NCBI GenBank assembly: GCA_051942205.1
Contig: JAVECO010000192.1
Coordinates: 1-41,765, forward strand
Origin: Coniocarpon cinnabarinum
Taxonomy: Eukaryota
Reading direction: 5' to 3'
Length of the DNA stretch: 41,765 bases
A program made the position numbers and the translations under genes. Positions 10,952 to 23,361 of the stretch are shown here, in pieces; position 1 is the stretch's first letter, and the number at the start of each line of letters is the position of its first letter. The notes below the pieces were generated by a model. That model was not told the origin of the DNA. It saw only the letters and a program-made list of their open reading frames with translations, and searched no databases.

Positions 10952-11513
10952 AAGGCAACCTTTGAAGGTTTGCAAAAAGTGGCGTTAGGTTGAGCTTTTC
11001 ATGCTCACGTTGGGAGAAGTGCTAAGGCGCTCAATTTTCCGAAAAATTTCCTCATGCGAATGAAAACAACGAGACCGCTATCTGGACGACGCTCTGTTGG
11101 ATCGAGGATTGAGTTGCAGCCTCGGATGATGGTGGCGTGAGGATAGCCAGGGGACGGTCGTTATAAATAAGCCTGACAGTGCTGACGTTCAAAGCGCGTT
11201 TGTTGGGCGAGACCACTTGATACCTGTTTAGAAAACAGCATGAATTACGAGGTAACAACCACTTTGTCGCGAACGAGAATGTGCACTGTTGGAGGTGTTT
11301 GCCCAATATTTCTTCTGTGGCTCGACGGAGTATTACGAATTCATGTGTATAGCGCGGCATTACGCAGCCCCTGATCTTGAGGGCCTGCGCCCGCGCACGT
11401 GGATGAAGCCAATCAGCGACGAGGGTCCAATTAACCCTAGTGTCTCAGCACTTCATGGCTGGACTTGCAACAACGGACGGGACTCTCACCGGACCGGAGT
11501 ATATGCAGCGAAG

Positions 11514-12679
11514 ATGGCGAATCGCGGCTACGACGTCGTCGTTGACGTGGATGAAGAGGTATTGTTTGTCCACCTGCACCTTGCATTCTCCACGACTAAT
11601 GCTCTCTAGGGTGATTTAGGCCATACTGACCTCCAAGAAGACAACCTCGAGTTCCATTCTTCCAGTAGGCATCTTATAGAAGAGTCGCGGAGTCCACACG
11701 TCTCCTGACATGAGTCCTAGACTTTGACACTGCCGCCTCCAAGTCCGTACCCACAAATGGCCACATTGGCAGCAGTCACAAGCGTACTGCTTCCTCCTCT
11801 TCAGCCCTCCAGTCCAAGAAATACCTATGGTCCATATCGTTCTACGCGCAATTCTTCGACGTCGACACCAACGACGTCCTGAAGAGATGTGCGGCATCTG
11901 TCTTCCCGCGGAGCAATTTTCTGGATGTGCTGGAGGGCAATCCCGACTTGTACGGCCCTTTCTGGATCGCGACCACGGTTGTGGTGATCTTGTTCTTGAC
12001 AGGCACGATGAGCAAGAGCTTGGCTGGGAAGGACATGGCACACTCAGGTTACGACTTTAAGCTGTTGAGCGGTATGCGAAGACTCCCTACACATCAGCAC
12101 TGCGCCGGCATCAACAAGCTCAGCCTTTTTTGGACCCCTTCACCATCTCGTGCGTGAAAAGCAAGCACTGACATTCCTACAGGCGCCGCCGGGCTCGTCT
12201 ATGGCTACACCGCCGTCATCCCCTCTCTCCTGTGGGGCGCCCTGAAATATTCAGGCTCCGAAGCTGCCTCCCTCCTCGAAACCCTGTCATTATACGGTTA
12301 CGCCAACCTCATCTGGATTCCTGTCGCTCTAATCTCGTGGTCCAACATCTCCATTCTCAATTACGTCTTCGTCGGCATCGGCTTCGTCCTCTCTTGTCTC
12401 TTCCTTGTTCGCAACCTCTGGCCCGTCATCAACAGCACACCTAAGCAGCGTGCGAAGATCCTGCTCATTGTGGTGGTTGTGCTGCATTTTGGGCTGGCCG
12501 TGGCGATCAAATTTCTGTTCTTTGCGAACGGCTCGTTGGCGAACAAGAAGAGTGGAGGAAAGGACGGGGGTTTACCCGCAAGTGGAGGTGGGAAGGGCGA
12601 GGATACTGATACAGATGATGATAAGCAGGCAATGATGTTGATGGCTAGGATGGCTGAAAGTGCGGTGAAGTTGCTGTAA
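11514..12679 (+). CDS. YIP1-domain membrane protein (YIPF1/2, Yip5-like); exons 11514-11558, 11610-11664, 11721-12071, 12183-12679
   Basis: MANRGYDVVVDVDEE-GDLGHTDLQED; LWSISFYAQFFDVDT; NPDLYGPFWIATT; LYGYANLIWIPVALI; multiple TM helices; three canonical introns keep the frame. Confidence 0.9.
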
Positions 12680-13088
12680 AATCTGGGTCGACTCAGGCAG
12701 TATGACGTTTGAATTCAAAGTTCAAAATTCAGAAGACAGACAGAGGCGGTGTACGAATTCAAGGTATTGAAAGCTCCAGCAACAGTAAAAATCTCCTACA
12801 GCCAGTTGCACAAGGAACTGCTCCACAGTATGTTGCCCTTTTGACGACGCACTGCCATGTGCTATTATGGCCGTGTTCCTAGCTGATGGGTCGGTAAGCT
12901 CCAAGCAAAACTCAAGAGCCTGAGGCAGGTACAGGTTTTGATTTTACCTCACACCTCCTTCCCGGAGCTTCCATCAGTATCATCACGTGCCCTTGCAGCG
13001 CCTCATACCTGAGGGATCCAACGGTGTTTCACTGAAATACTTCTCTCCGTGCGAACAGTACCCTGCATCCTTTACTCAGCCTGCAAAA

Positions 13089-15167
13089 ATGACTAATCCG
13101 AATAGTTGCCCTCAAACTGATGGGTGCACCTTTCTGGACCTCCCATCAGAAATACTGCTGAAGATCCTGGCTTCTTCCCATGATATTGATGATGCTCTAA
13201 GTCTCGAGATGACGTGCAGTCGTTGCTACAATTTGCTTGATGGAGCTCGAGTGAGTATAATGAGGGCTATCGTGGTGAGTTACAGCCTTGCAGCGTTCAC
13301 CTTTAACATCAATTTCCAGCCAGTACTGTGCAGGTCACCTGTCGATCTTCCTCTCATAATGAACCCCATAAACAAGAGCACTTGGCAGAGTGCTATTCGG
13401 TGCTTTGGACGGGACAAGGCGCTTTCGCCGTCATGCTGGCAGCTTTGTTTCCCTAAACACCCTTGGCCAAAGGCTCGTTGCTAAGACATGTGGGCCGCCA
13501 ATGTGTGAATTGAATTATCTGCGACTATTGCCGTTCATAGTGCCATAGTACTATCCCAGAATCTACTGCTAATCGTGACAGTCGACTTCACCTGTCTATC
13601 GAGATGACCTTCTGCTCTGCAAGGTCATGGATATCTATCAGACCTACGCACCAGAATGGCTCTAAGAATCGGTCAGTAAAGTGGGAACTCGCATGGAGGA
13701 CGCCAGATCTTGTCCCCAAATTTATTTATTCATACTACTTTTGCAGGATTGGACAGACGATGTGAGCAGAGTGTTCGTAGTTTTCGGGACTCGCAGCGCA
13801 ATTAACAACTAATTCAGGAAGTAACATCGATGAGCGATCAGGAAGTATGGGACATCGTAGCGCGTTGGAATGGTCTCAAGGCCTTCTGCTCCCTGTACAA
13901 GAACCCAGCCATAAATGAGGCCTTTCGAGCGTCGTCTGAAGTAGCGCGAAAGAAATGGCACGAAGGACTGGATCTAACTTGCGGTCAATGTTCTACGTCA
14001 AATGTAGGCGCGACTGTCAATGGTCGTCGCTATCCACCCAATAATTGCTCGCTAATGCCATGACAACATGAACAGGCCGATGAGCCGTACACACTTAGGA
14101 GAGCAGCTCACCTTGTCTCGACTGAGGACTTCACTGCTGCTCGTGCACACATGTCAATCACGCAATATTGGTTGGTTGCAGAAGTATGTCCCGCGGACTA
14201 CAGCGCCCCATCGCTCATCATTCACCCTGTCAATGACGCACAGCCTGGGATGCTGCTTTTTTACAATCCACTAGCGCTTATTTTTGCTAGGTGTCGGGCT
14301 ACATGAAATTTCTGCAAATCGGACGATTCAGAATGGAGCGATGTTCTGGAATACTTGATGAGAACTGTCTGCACCGTCGATCTCACTGTGCAACGCGTCC
14401 TGGATGTGGCCGACATGTGCAAATTCATTCAAAAATTGCTGCTGGATCACGCCGACTTTGTGCAAGGAGGCAGCTTCTACTCCAAGTGGGACTTGTTTCG
14501 GGAGAATGAGTTTTACACCAACGCCGAAACCACAAGTGGTGGCTTCGAGGACTTCGAGGACAACATCATAAATCACATGATGCCGCCCGACGTCCTGGCA
14601 TTGATCGAACAACACAATAGCGCAATCATCCCCTCAAATTAGACCAAAAACTTGGCTCTGGCAGCCAAGGTCGCTTTTATGCGCCACCGGGGCGCGTACA
14701 TGCCTGCACGGTTCTTACTTAACAATGTGTACGACGACGAGACCGAATCGCCCAGCCGTATCGAATACGGGGCCAAGCCCGAAATGTGGATGTTCCAAGT
14801 CTGTGCGGCGCTTGAGGATCGTATTTTCGTTCATTGGGAGCCCCTCTGCCGACTGTGGCTTAGCTTCGCTTACAACGAATTGAGAGCGCAACTTAGAGGC
14901 AAGGCGGTCTTTATTGAAGAAAAATACGGTCTTGTGACACCATACTTGTTGCACAATGCACTATTAGGTAGTAACAAAAAGAAAGAGCAGAGTCCCTCCA
15001 ACAGCCAGATGCTTCAACGCTTTGAAGTGGTTGCTCTACGTTTCAAGCGAGCTGAAAAAGTCGAACGAGCCATGTGCGACTCTGATGCTGAAAATCTCTC
15101 GACGGACGGCGATCTCGAAAATCTCTCGGACGATGCGTCAGGCGCCTGGGATCCCCTGATGATCTAA
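13089..15167 (+). pseudogene. Multi-exon F-box-like gene, probably inactivated
   Basis: N-terminal F-box-like motif FLDLPSEILLKIL...DALSLEMTCSRCY. Phase-0 introns 13275-13581, 13672-13746, 13762-13817, 14004-14075 and one starting 14184. In-frame TAA at 13663-13665 in exon 2; in-frame TAG at 14640-14642 between collinear ORFs 14355-14642 and 14652-15167; apparent frame break near 14275-14355. Confidence 0.6.
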
Positions 15168-16889
15168 TGCGGCTGCCAGAGGGCTCATTCGACATTGACG
15201 AGGGATTCTCCACATGAGAAGCGCTATCTCAAAGAACGCTCACGTAATTGCAGGTATAGCGGAACAAGCATGATCACCGCAAGGGCTTCGCAGGACAGTC
15301 CCTGCCGCACTATAATTCAGCATCTTATCGCTGATAAAGGCCGATCGTCGTTGTGCTCGTGGGTTTGTGGCTTAAATTGTGCTTATCGTACACGCTCGTC
15401 GTCTGAGCTGAGATCCGGCAATGACTTTTGTGCCTGTACTCCAAAGATATGGTGCAGCTTTTTCAAATTCAAAAGAAGAAGATGCCCGCACTGTGCTCAA
15501 ATATTGCGAACATTTATTTGCAAAGTTAGTTGACACATATTGCCATCGGCTAGCCCTCTCTTCCTGTTGCATGAGCTCTACGTTATTTCATACACATCGC
15601 CTTACACGTCAAATTTCCTCAGCCATCGTAGACGGTCTCCACGAGAGTCTAGCACGCTTCCAATGTTCCTACCTGCTACTTATCTAGAATTGCTCTCAGT
15701 ACATTCTTCATCCCTCTATCTTCAACCTTGCAGATGGGAACCCTTCGTACTACTCTCTCGCTCACATATTATCTGTCTATACTTTAGACGTACGCTCTCT
15801 CCACCGCGAACAGCCCGTGTGCACGATCTTCTGCTATCAACATACACTTCATTCCCACCGTCAAAAGCACTCTCTCTCTACCACAATTCTTTTCTCTCTC
15901 CCACAGACACACACTTTCCTCGTCCCCTACACAAATACTCTCTCCTCTAGACATTCATTTCCCCTCTTCCACAGAAATTCATTCTCTCCCTAACAGATAT
16001 CCGTTTCCTCCCTCAAAGCCATATCCACGTTCCTTCACCGCGCCTTTACGTTTCTTCCTCCCACAGACTTCCGCGCCCTTCTTTCTTTCCACTTGCCTGT
16101 CCGCAAGTGTTCGTAAGGTTACCGACGGCTTCTTCACCACCCAAGCCGCTGTCCCTGGATACCTCCACCGGCCCGATAACGCAGACCTCGATGTGCACAA
16201 CACAGATGTGAAATGGTGGATTGCACCCTTCCGTTATCCATTTTTTCCACGGCTGTCGCCTTCTCTATCTTACCCTTCGAAGCTTGCATTGTGCTTCCAC
16301 CGTTCGAGCTTGTGATCGTCTCAATACATGCACTTGACGCATGGGAGTCTATCGACCGTCGCGTCCCGCCGGCTTTGAAAATAGTACGACCTACAATTAA
16401 GTCAGCCAGAGGTAAAACAACAACAGAAGAGACCGAATTGAGATTGGCCGGGATGAAACAAAGAAACATAACCGAATGGACGAGTAACAAAGTCGATCAG
16501 CTATTGCACAATAAGCAGCGACATAGTTAGGATACCCGTATGATACTTCGTTTTGTCCACGACATCCAAACGTACATCTAACGCTCGTTAGAGCGTCACT
16601 CAGCAAATCTCAAAGATCCTCGGCAAAAGGTGAGATACCGACTCATTGATGTTGTTGGCTTGGTGAGGTCTTGATTGCAGGGTGTGGTGGCAATGTGCAA
16701 GATTGCTGCGTTGCTTCCGGTGTGCTTCTTACGTTGCGACGATGAACCTCGACTGGGCTTGCAGCGTAACACACCAAAGCGGCAAGCGAGATCTTGCTGA
16801 TGTGGTGAAGTAAACTGAAATGTCATTAAGAAGGGACGTATATACATACCCACATCCTGAACGCCTTGCGTAACAGACACAACACACAA

Positions 16890-19800
16890 TCACCCCTGGA
16901 CCGCATCCCCATCTACCTCCTCATCCTCAGGAAGTCTCTCGTTCTCTACCTCCTCAACCGGGTCCACAAACCCCTCCCGTTCCCTCAAACGCTCCAAGAG
17001 CCCCGGCTGGCTCCCGAACCGCTCCTCCCACATCCGATTCCGCTCTTCTCTCTGCACCTTCAACCTCTCCCTTCGCTTCCGGTTCTTCCTCCGCTGCCGT
17101 TGTCGTTTGGCCTCCCCCGTTTCCGCCGCAAAGGCTGGATCTGTTTGAATTCGTTCTTGTCTCGCTTTCACCCGTTCTAGCGCTTCTGGCCCGATGATAG
17201 TGCGAGCACGGCCGTGTTCTAACGCTGGAAGATCGCGGCATGCGCGGAGTGTGGAGGGTGCCGTTTCTTTTAATTGATCAAGGGTTTCGACGGCTTCGGC
17301 AGATTGAGAGGAGGGATCACCGCCCATGCTTTCGTCTCCCAGATTGATAAGAGCACGACGCAGATACAAAAGCGTATCATACGAGACGTGTAAATCACCC
17401 GGAAAGACGAATTCGTATTTCCGTCCCATGAATTGCATTCCGGGACTCTTAACCTTTCTCTCAACTTCGACATTCGTATCCCGACGCGTATGCGCTTCCG
17501 ACGCTTTCATGTCTTTGTTAGCACCCACAAAAGCACTACGACCGCCGCGGATGGCAACGCGGTCCCAAGGATTGAACCCCTTGAAATGAGGAAGCAGACG
17601 GGATTCAGCGAGTTGGAAGGCTTCGAGAATGTAATCGTTGCGGACGAGGGTGGAGACGAAGAGGTTCCAGGCTGGGGAGTCGAGGGTGAAACCTGCGGTG
17701 TGCAAACGCCGGAGAGACGAAGCAAGGGTGGAGAAGTTGCGTTCGCGGGCGAGAGAGGAGACATAGAGGCGGTAATGAGAAGCGAGAAGGTTACGAGAGA
17801 CTTTGGGAAGAGAAGTCTGCTCTTCAGGATTGTTTAGATCTGAGGACTGTGAGGTCGTGAGGCGGGTTGTTTTCTCGGCGATGCTCAGAGCTTGTTCCCA
17901 CATTTCTTGAACGGCGACTGAGTCGTGTTGATCGAGGCGCAACTTCATGATGTGGTAGAGGATGCGGAGTGAGACGTGCTCAGGTTCATCACGGTGCAGC
18001 TCTGCGCGCTTGGCGGCGAACTTTTCGAGTAGTGTGAGGATGACTTCATAGCTGTGACGGTCTGTATAGACAGAGAGGACACTGTCGAACATCGCAGCGG
18101 GCACGGCTTCAAAGTCGCTGTAGTTATTAAATAGAATTTGCACACCACGGATGTTCAGCAGATCGGAAGCCGGCGTGGAGAGAATCTCCTCGAGCAGCTC
18201 TTCCAGAACGTCGAGCCGGACGCCAGGATGATCGACTTGGTCGCAAGACAGCTGATGCTGGGCTGAGAGCGACTCCAAGCGGAGCAGAGCCAGTCGTGTG
18301 CTGAAGTTGGGTTTGATACCTTGCTTGAGCATATGCGCGTATAGTCTCCACGCAGTAGCGAAGCGACTGACGCTCGCATAGCCTTCGATGAGAATCGCAT
18401 AATGAAGCGCAGTCGGAGCAATCTCGCCTTCCAGCATATGATCCCTCATCAAACCCAGAGCCATCTCAGGACGCCTCGTATTTGTGAAGACGCGCATCAG
18501 CGCTGCGAAAGCATCCCCGTCGAACGGTACCTCTAATTGATTCATTCGTCTGCTGATCATGAAGGCTTGATGGTGACGCTTGTTGCTTGCGGAGTCCGCC
18601 AGGATAGTCGACCATACGCGAGTCGCATAGTCTGGTGCAGTCCTTGTTACTTCGTGTGCGAGCCGCACAGCATTTTTCACTTGTCCAGCATTCAAGTGAG
18701 CCAACACAACGCTATCGTACATCGACGCGCTAACATTCATCTTCCGGTCCATGGCGGTCTTCAAGTAGGTGCTTGCTTGATGTACATCCCCTCGTCGAGC
18801 ACAGACGTTGAGAATGTTCTCAATGAGATGCGCATTTGGTTGTAGTCCCACATCGAGTATGTCTTTGAGTACACCAATGCAATTATCGAGATCCAAAGAC
18901 TGCGCGTAGGCATTGAGCAAGAGCTGGTAAGCCTGCAAGTCTGGGTAGAGATCAAAGTTCTCCTTGATCCATTCGAGTCGTTTTTCGACAGCAGGAGCAC
19001 CGTAGCGCGTGGCTTCCGCCTGTAGCAGCGAATGAAACACGGTCAAATCAGAGGGTTGTTCGGTCTTCAGGCACTCGGCAAGTATTTGTCTGATCTCCGC
19101 CACATCAGAGGTTCTGTTGTACCATCTCATTAATTTCACGCCTGTCAGGAATGGAACTTCAAGCTCGAAGGCTGCAATATCGCGCTGAATCTCAGACACC
19201 AGAGCTTGATCAGTCTCTGCAAATGCTATTGAAAGCAGCTGAGTCAAGTACATGATAGACGGCTTGTAAACGCGAGACGCACAATATTCCGAGTGGAGTC
19301 TCATTAAAATGCGATTCTTCTCAGGGGAGTTTTCCACTTCTTTCGTGTAGGACAATATTGTCTTCTCAAAAAAAGCCGCACGGAGTCTTCGCAATGGCTT
19401 GAGCCGTTGCAGCATAGCCAGGTGCTGTTCTAACGACGGGCCACGGCGAAAAAATACGTTGATAATCGTCGAGATGGCCAGGTTGTATCGTGGTGAGTCC
19501 AGATATTTTCTGCGTCTCTGAGAAATGAGGTCTACCATGGCGAACACGTTCTCCGCGAACCCGTGTACCTGTTGCATGTCATTCGCGACCTCGTGCAGCC
19601 AAGGTCGGTATTCATTCTTGAAGGTACCTCGGCTTTCGTGACGGAGATGCTGGTAGGATAGAACGCGCAGTGTATCCTCCCAATTTCCTTCCAGGAAGCA
19701 TTGTCTACACACCAGGCCAGTTGTCTCCAGTGGGAGTCCAAACTCGTCTTGATAGCGTAAGACGGAGCTGTGCATCTCTACTGCCTTTCGAGTGAGTCCA

Positions 19801-20597
19801 GCGTTGAGGGATACTCGAATAGCGGTGTTTGCCAAAGGCTCGTCCAAGTCCTCGAAATTGAAAGTGTCAGATATTGTCGCAGCTCTTTGCTGATCAATCA
19901 TATGAGATGATCGAGCGAGATTTTGAAACACGGCTTTTCGTAATGCGAGTGTTCGTCCGTCTCGAGGCACGCGATCAAAGCGCTGCCAGATCTCATCACT
20001 GATAGCCTCAGCGCGAAGACCAGTCCTGTTCTGCAGAAGATGCTGCAGCCACCGGATTGACTCACGACCGTCCTCTTGAGGCGATGAGTCGATATGTATA
20101 TCGTCCGCCTCAGTCTCAGCAGGCGCCATATCTTCGGAAGCTGAAGCCACAGGCAGTTTGACATGTGCTTCCCGTGTGTCTTCTTGGGCCAGGGAAACTC
20201 CTTGACACATTGGCATCGTTGAACTGTAAGACCGACATTGTTCCTGAGGATGATGCTTGGCTTGTTTCATATACCAACGATAGCTCTTGACAGACCATTT
20301 CCTGAGCATCGCCTGCGCGCCAGGAGGGTATAGGAAGTCAAGAAAGAAGAGAGGTTCATGAGAGGCCGCGCCGGAGCGCAGTCTCCCACCAATGCTATCG
20401 TTGCATCCGCGAGAGATGGGTTCGAACATCCGCTGGACCGTCTGAATGCAGTAAGCGGCGAGGTCGAGGTCGGTAGCGCCATGATGCCAAAAGGCTGAGT
20501 GAAGTTGGCGGCGAGATTGGAATGCTTTCTTCGAGGGTTTCCATGACGGGCGAGGGCGCGCGACCGTTTCGATGCAACGCGCTGCGAGCTCAAGCAT
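16890..20597 (-). CDS. CYA5: Mitochondrial pentatricopeptide-repeat protein, CYA5/PET309-like (COX1 translation/stability factor)
   Basis: Single 1235-aa ORF. N-terminus MLELAARCIE...RRQLHSAFWHHGA and FLDFLYPP are typical of cya-5 orthologues; many PPR motifs (PDLQAYQLLLNAYA, PTALHYAILIEGYA, PNFSTRLALL). Confidence 0.85.
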   Translation of the reverse strand: MLELAARCIETVARPRPSWKPSKKAFQSRRQLHSAFWHHGATDLDLAAYCIQTVQRMFEPISRGCNDSIGGRLRSGAASHEPLFFLDFLYPPGAQAMLRKWSVKSYRWYMKQAKHHPQEQCRSYSSTMPMCQGVSLAQEDTREAHVKLPVASASEDMAPAETEADDIHIDSSPQEDGRESIRWLQHLLQNRTGLRAEAISDEIWQRFDRVPRDGRTLALRKAVFQNLARSSHMIDQQRAATISDTFNFEDLDEPLANTAIRVSLNAGLTRKAVEMHSSVLRYQDEFGLPLETTGLVCRQCFLEGNWEDTLRVLSYQHLRHESRGTFKNEYRPWLHEVANDMQQVHGFAENVFAMVDLISQRRRKYLDSPRYNLAISTIINVFFRRGPSLEQHLAMLQRLKPLRRLRAAFFEKTILSYTKEVENSPEKNRILMRLHSEYCASRVYKPSIMYLTQLLSIAFAETDQALVSEIQRDIAAFELEVPFLTGVKLMRWYNRTSDVAEIRQILAECLKTEQPSDLTVFHSLLQAEATRYGAPAVEKRLEWIKENFDLYPDLQAYQLLLNAYAQSLDLDNCIGVLKDILDVGLQPNAHLIENILNVCARRGDVHQASTYLKTAMDRKMNVSASMYDSVVLAHLNAGQVKNAVRLAHEVTRTAPDYATRVWSTILADSASNKRHHQAFMISRRMNQLEVPFDGDAFAALMRVFTNTRRPEMALGLMRDHMLEGEIAPTALHYAILIEGYASVSRFATAWRLYAHMLKQGIKPNFSTRLALLRLESLSAQHQLSCDQVDHPGVRLDVLEELLEEILSTPASDLLNIRGVQILFNNYSDFEAVPAAMFDSVLSVYTDRHSYEVILTLLEKFAAKRAELHRDEPEHVSLRILYHIMKLRLDQHDSVAVQEMWEQALSIAEKTTRLTTSQSSDLNNPEEQTSLPKVSRNLLASHYRLYVSSLARERNFSTLASSLRRLHTAGFTLDSPAWNLFVSTLVRNDYILEAFQLAESRLLPHFKGFNPWDRVAIRGGRSAFVGANKDMKASEAHTRRDTNVEVERKVKSPGMQFMGRKYEFVFPGDLHVSYDTLLYLRRALINLGDESMGGDPSSQSAEAVETLDQLKETAPSTLRACRDLPALEHGRARTIIGPEALERVKARQERIQTDPAFAAETGEAKRQRQRRKNRKRRERLKVQREERNRMWEERFGSQPGLLERLREREGFVDPVEEVENERLPEDEEVDGDAVQG

Positions 20598-21200
20598 GCC
20601 CTAGGCAGGGCAAAAGCGAAGGCCAAACGACTCCGTACATGCAATGCGGCGGCATCTTTTGAATATGGGAGTTGCTAAGTGGCTTGCATTTCGTTGTGAA
20701 CTGCCCTCACCTAGTCGAAGTAATGGTGTCGTTGATTCTGGGCAGTATCAAACTGTTCAGCAAGAACGTCCAACTTCGTCGATCTATAGACGCAACGAAA
20801 TCTGAAATTCTGCTGGCGTCATCAATGATCCGACCTGACGGAGGGTTTTGGAAACCCTTAGCGGAGTTCCATCGAGCTTGCCACCCACGCCACCTGAGTA
20901 GGTCTCACGAGGAATGAACGTAGGTAGTCATATAGATTACACATTGGATCATTTATTAGTTGGTTTGGCCCTTGTCTCCAAGCGCTGGCAATCATAGAAC
21001 TTCCACGATCAAATAAGAAGGCCCGCGTGAAGGTCATAAGTTTCATGTCTATTCTGAGTATTCGTGTCTCATATCTCAAAATTTCGGTGCAAGATCTCTG
21101 TCATGTTCCGCACACTAGCTAATCACTTTGAGACGTCATTGTGATTGGATCGCCAGTCTGTAATAGCGACTGCGTAAGAGCTCCACCGCGAACGTCTCAA

Positions 21201-23361
21201 TCAAGCCTCGTGCGTATCTCCACTTGTCTCGTCACGCTGGCGCTTCGCAGCGTGTTCGTCATCTCCGCCATCGTCTTCATCGCGTGCACGCTTAACACCC
21301 TTTCTGAGCTCGTCTTCCTTGGGCATCTCATCAGTTGCTGCTGCCTGCTCTATGCCCTCCATCTGCTGCTTCGGGGTCTCGTTCTCCTCACCACTTTTGT
21401 CCTCGGCTGACGGAGGGCGATTGGCGTCGTTAGGAGCCTCTTTGAGCTCCTCGGGCTTGTCACCTTCTGCTGCTGGAGCTTCTTTCAAGTCCTGATTATG
21501 CTCACCACTTCGGTGCCTGGTGTCGTTCTGAAAGCGAGCTTCGTTGCGTTGTTCTTTCTTCTCTCTGATGAGACGATGCTCTTCATAGTGATCTTCCGCA
21601 GACTTTGCAAAGAGCTCGCTCCTGGTGTTTGCATGTCAGTAGAGTCGACAAAAGCGGCATCAGGAAACTTACTGGTCTTCTGGATACTCTTTTCCGCCTT
21701 CGAAATGCTCAAGAAATTCCTGCATCTGAGTCTCGTCACCAAACTCAATATAGACGCCTCTTCTGAACCTCGCATCAATAGGATTACGATTCAAGCGGAC
21801 GGCAAGAACTTCTGGTGCCAGTGCCTTAGCCCAAAGCTCCACTTCTTCCTGGTGGTTTGGGCGCTCCTCCTTGAACCCGTAAACGTACGCAGTACGAGGC
21901 TGTGCGTTGGATATGAGCATTCTCCGATTGCTGCGGACATCGCCGACGATGTAGATGTCAGACAGCGGAGTTTTGCGCTTGACCATTTCTGAGCCAGGTT
22001 CATTGCCGTGGACCACCTCGAGCTTCTCGGAGTCCTCCAAAGCAGCAACAACAGCTGAATAAGGTTGGTAATGACGCATGCGCTTAAAACTGTGCAGCAC
22101 TTTGATGGGCACTGATTTGTTCTCGGAGCCATTGGTCAACCCCAGAAGATAATTGTCGATTGGCAAATTGGCATCGGAGAGATAAAACTCGACTTGGGCC
22201 CGAATGGCATCCTGGTCGTTCGATTCACCACGCTCATAATCTCGGGATAGTTTGTTCGCATCACGCTCCTCTCTGTCGACGTACCGGAAAGCAAGCTGGG
22301 CAGGCTTTGGAGAACGGGAGTGTGTCCTGTTGTAATGTCCTTGTCCCCACTTCCCACGTGGTTTGCGATTTTTACGAAACCCGGGGGAGCGTGAGCGAGA
22401 CCGACTGCCTCCACTGCCGTGTCTGCGGCCACGTCGTTCGTGGCGCTGGTCAGATCTTCCATCATTCAGGTGTTGCAAGCTTGGAGATGCGCTTCTCCTG
22501 CGACCGTGTGGCTGATTATTTTCATGATTCTTTTCACGATCATTTGGCGAACGCGGTCTTGGAGAATGCGAGCGTGCACGGCTGTCGCTTCGTGGTTCTC
22601 CAGAAGCCTGTTCTGATGGAGAGCGACTGTAACGGTGTGATCTGCGTTCCTGAGTGCCACGTTGGTGTCCGTGACGCCCGCGAGGGGAGCGACTGTGATG
22701 ATGATGACGATGGTGGCTGTGTTTGTGAAATTCACCTCGACGCCCGTAGTGTCGACCATACCGGGGATTATGTTGACGACCGCGTCGGTGTTCGCCGCGC
22801 TGGTGGCGACGAGGGGAGCGAGAGCGGGATCGGGAGCGTTCTCGTTCCTAATTGACGAAGACTAGTCAGCACTGCGTGGACGAGCTTGATGGTTCGAGCA
22901 ATCTTGGCAAATACCTCTTCATCACGCATCTCATCCCAACGACGTTCCTCAAGGTCTCGACGGTGTTTGTGAGGGCGCCGATCCTCTCCGTCGACGTCTT
23001 CGTCATGTGATCGTTTCCTGCCTGATCTGTGCTCGTGGTCGCTCTCGGCGGATTCATGAGCTTGTTTGCTGTCGCGCTCACTCTTCTGCTTCGCGAGAGA
23101 GGCTTGGATGAGAGCCTCTAGCTTGCCTGCGCGTTTGTCATGCGTAGCAGTCGCTCCTGCGGGGTCGTTGCCGCTTGCTTGAGCATCAGTGGCATCCTGC
23201 TCAACAGCAAGGGCCTTGCTCTGCTTGTTCTCTCCAAGCGCAGGGAAATCAGGACTCAACTTTTTGTTCTTAGGCTCTTCACCACGTTTTCTCTTGCTAA
23301 AGGCGGAAACCTTCTCAGGCTCTTCCGTGGGAGAAGCTTTCCCACCCTCGTCCGCGGCCAT
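21201..23361 (-). CDS. La-motif + RRM RNA-binding protein (Lhp1/La-like) with long charged and RS-rich N-terminal extension; exons 23361-22915, 22847-21673, 21621-21201
   Basis: La motif IRAQVEFYLSDANLPIDNYL...VPIKVLHSFKRMR, then RRM (RTAYVYGF...AVRLNR...FRRGVYIEF) and a C-terminal KRAR...AAKR NLS-like tail. Introns 22914-22848 and 21672-21622 keep the frame. Confidence 0.8.
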
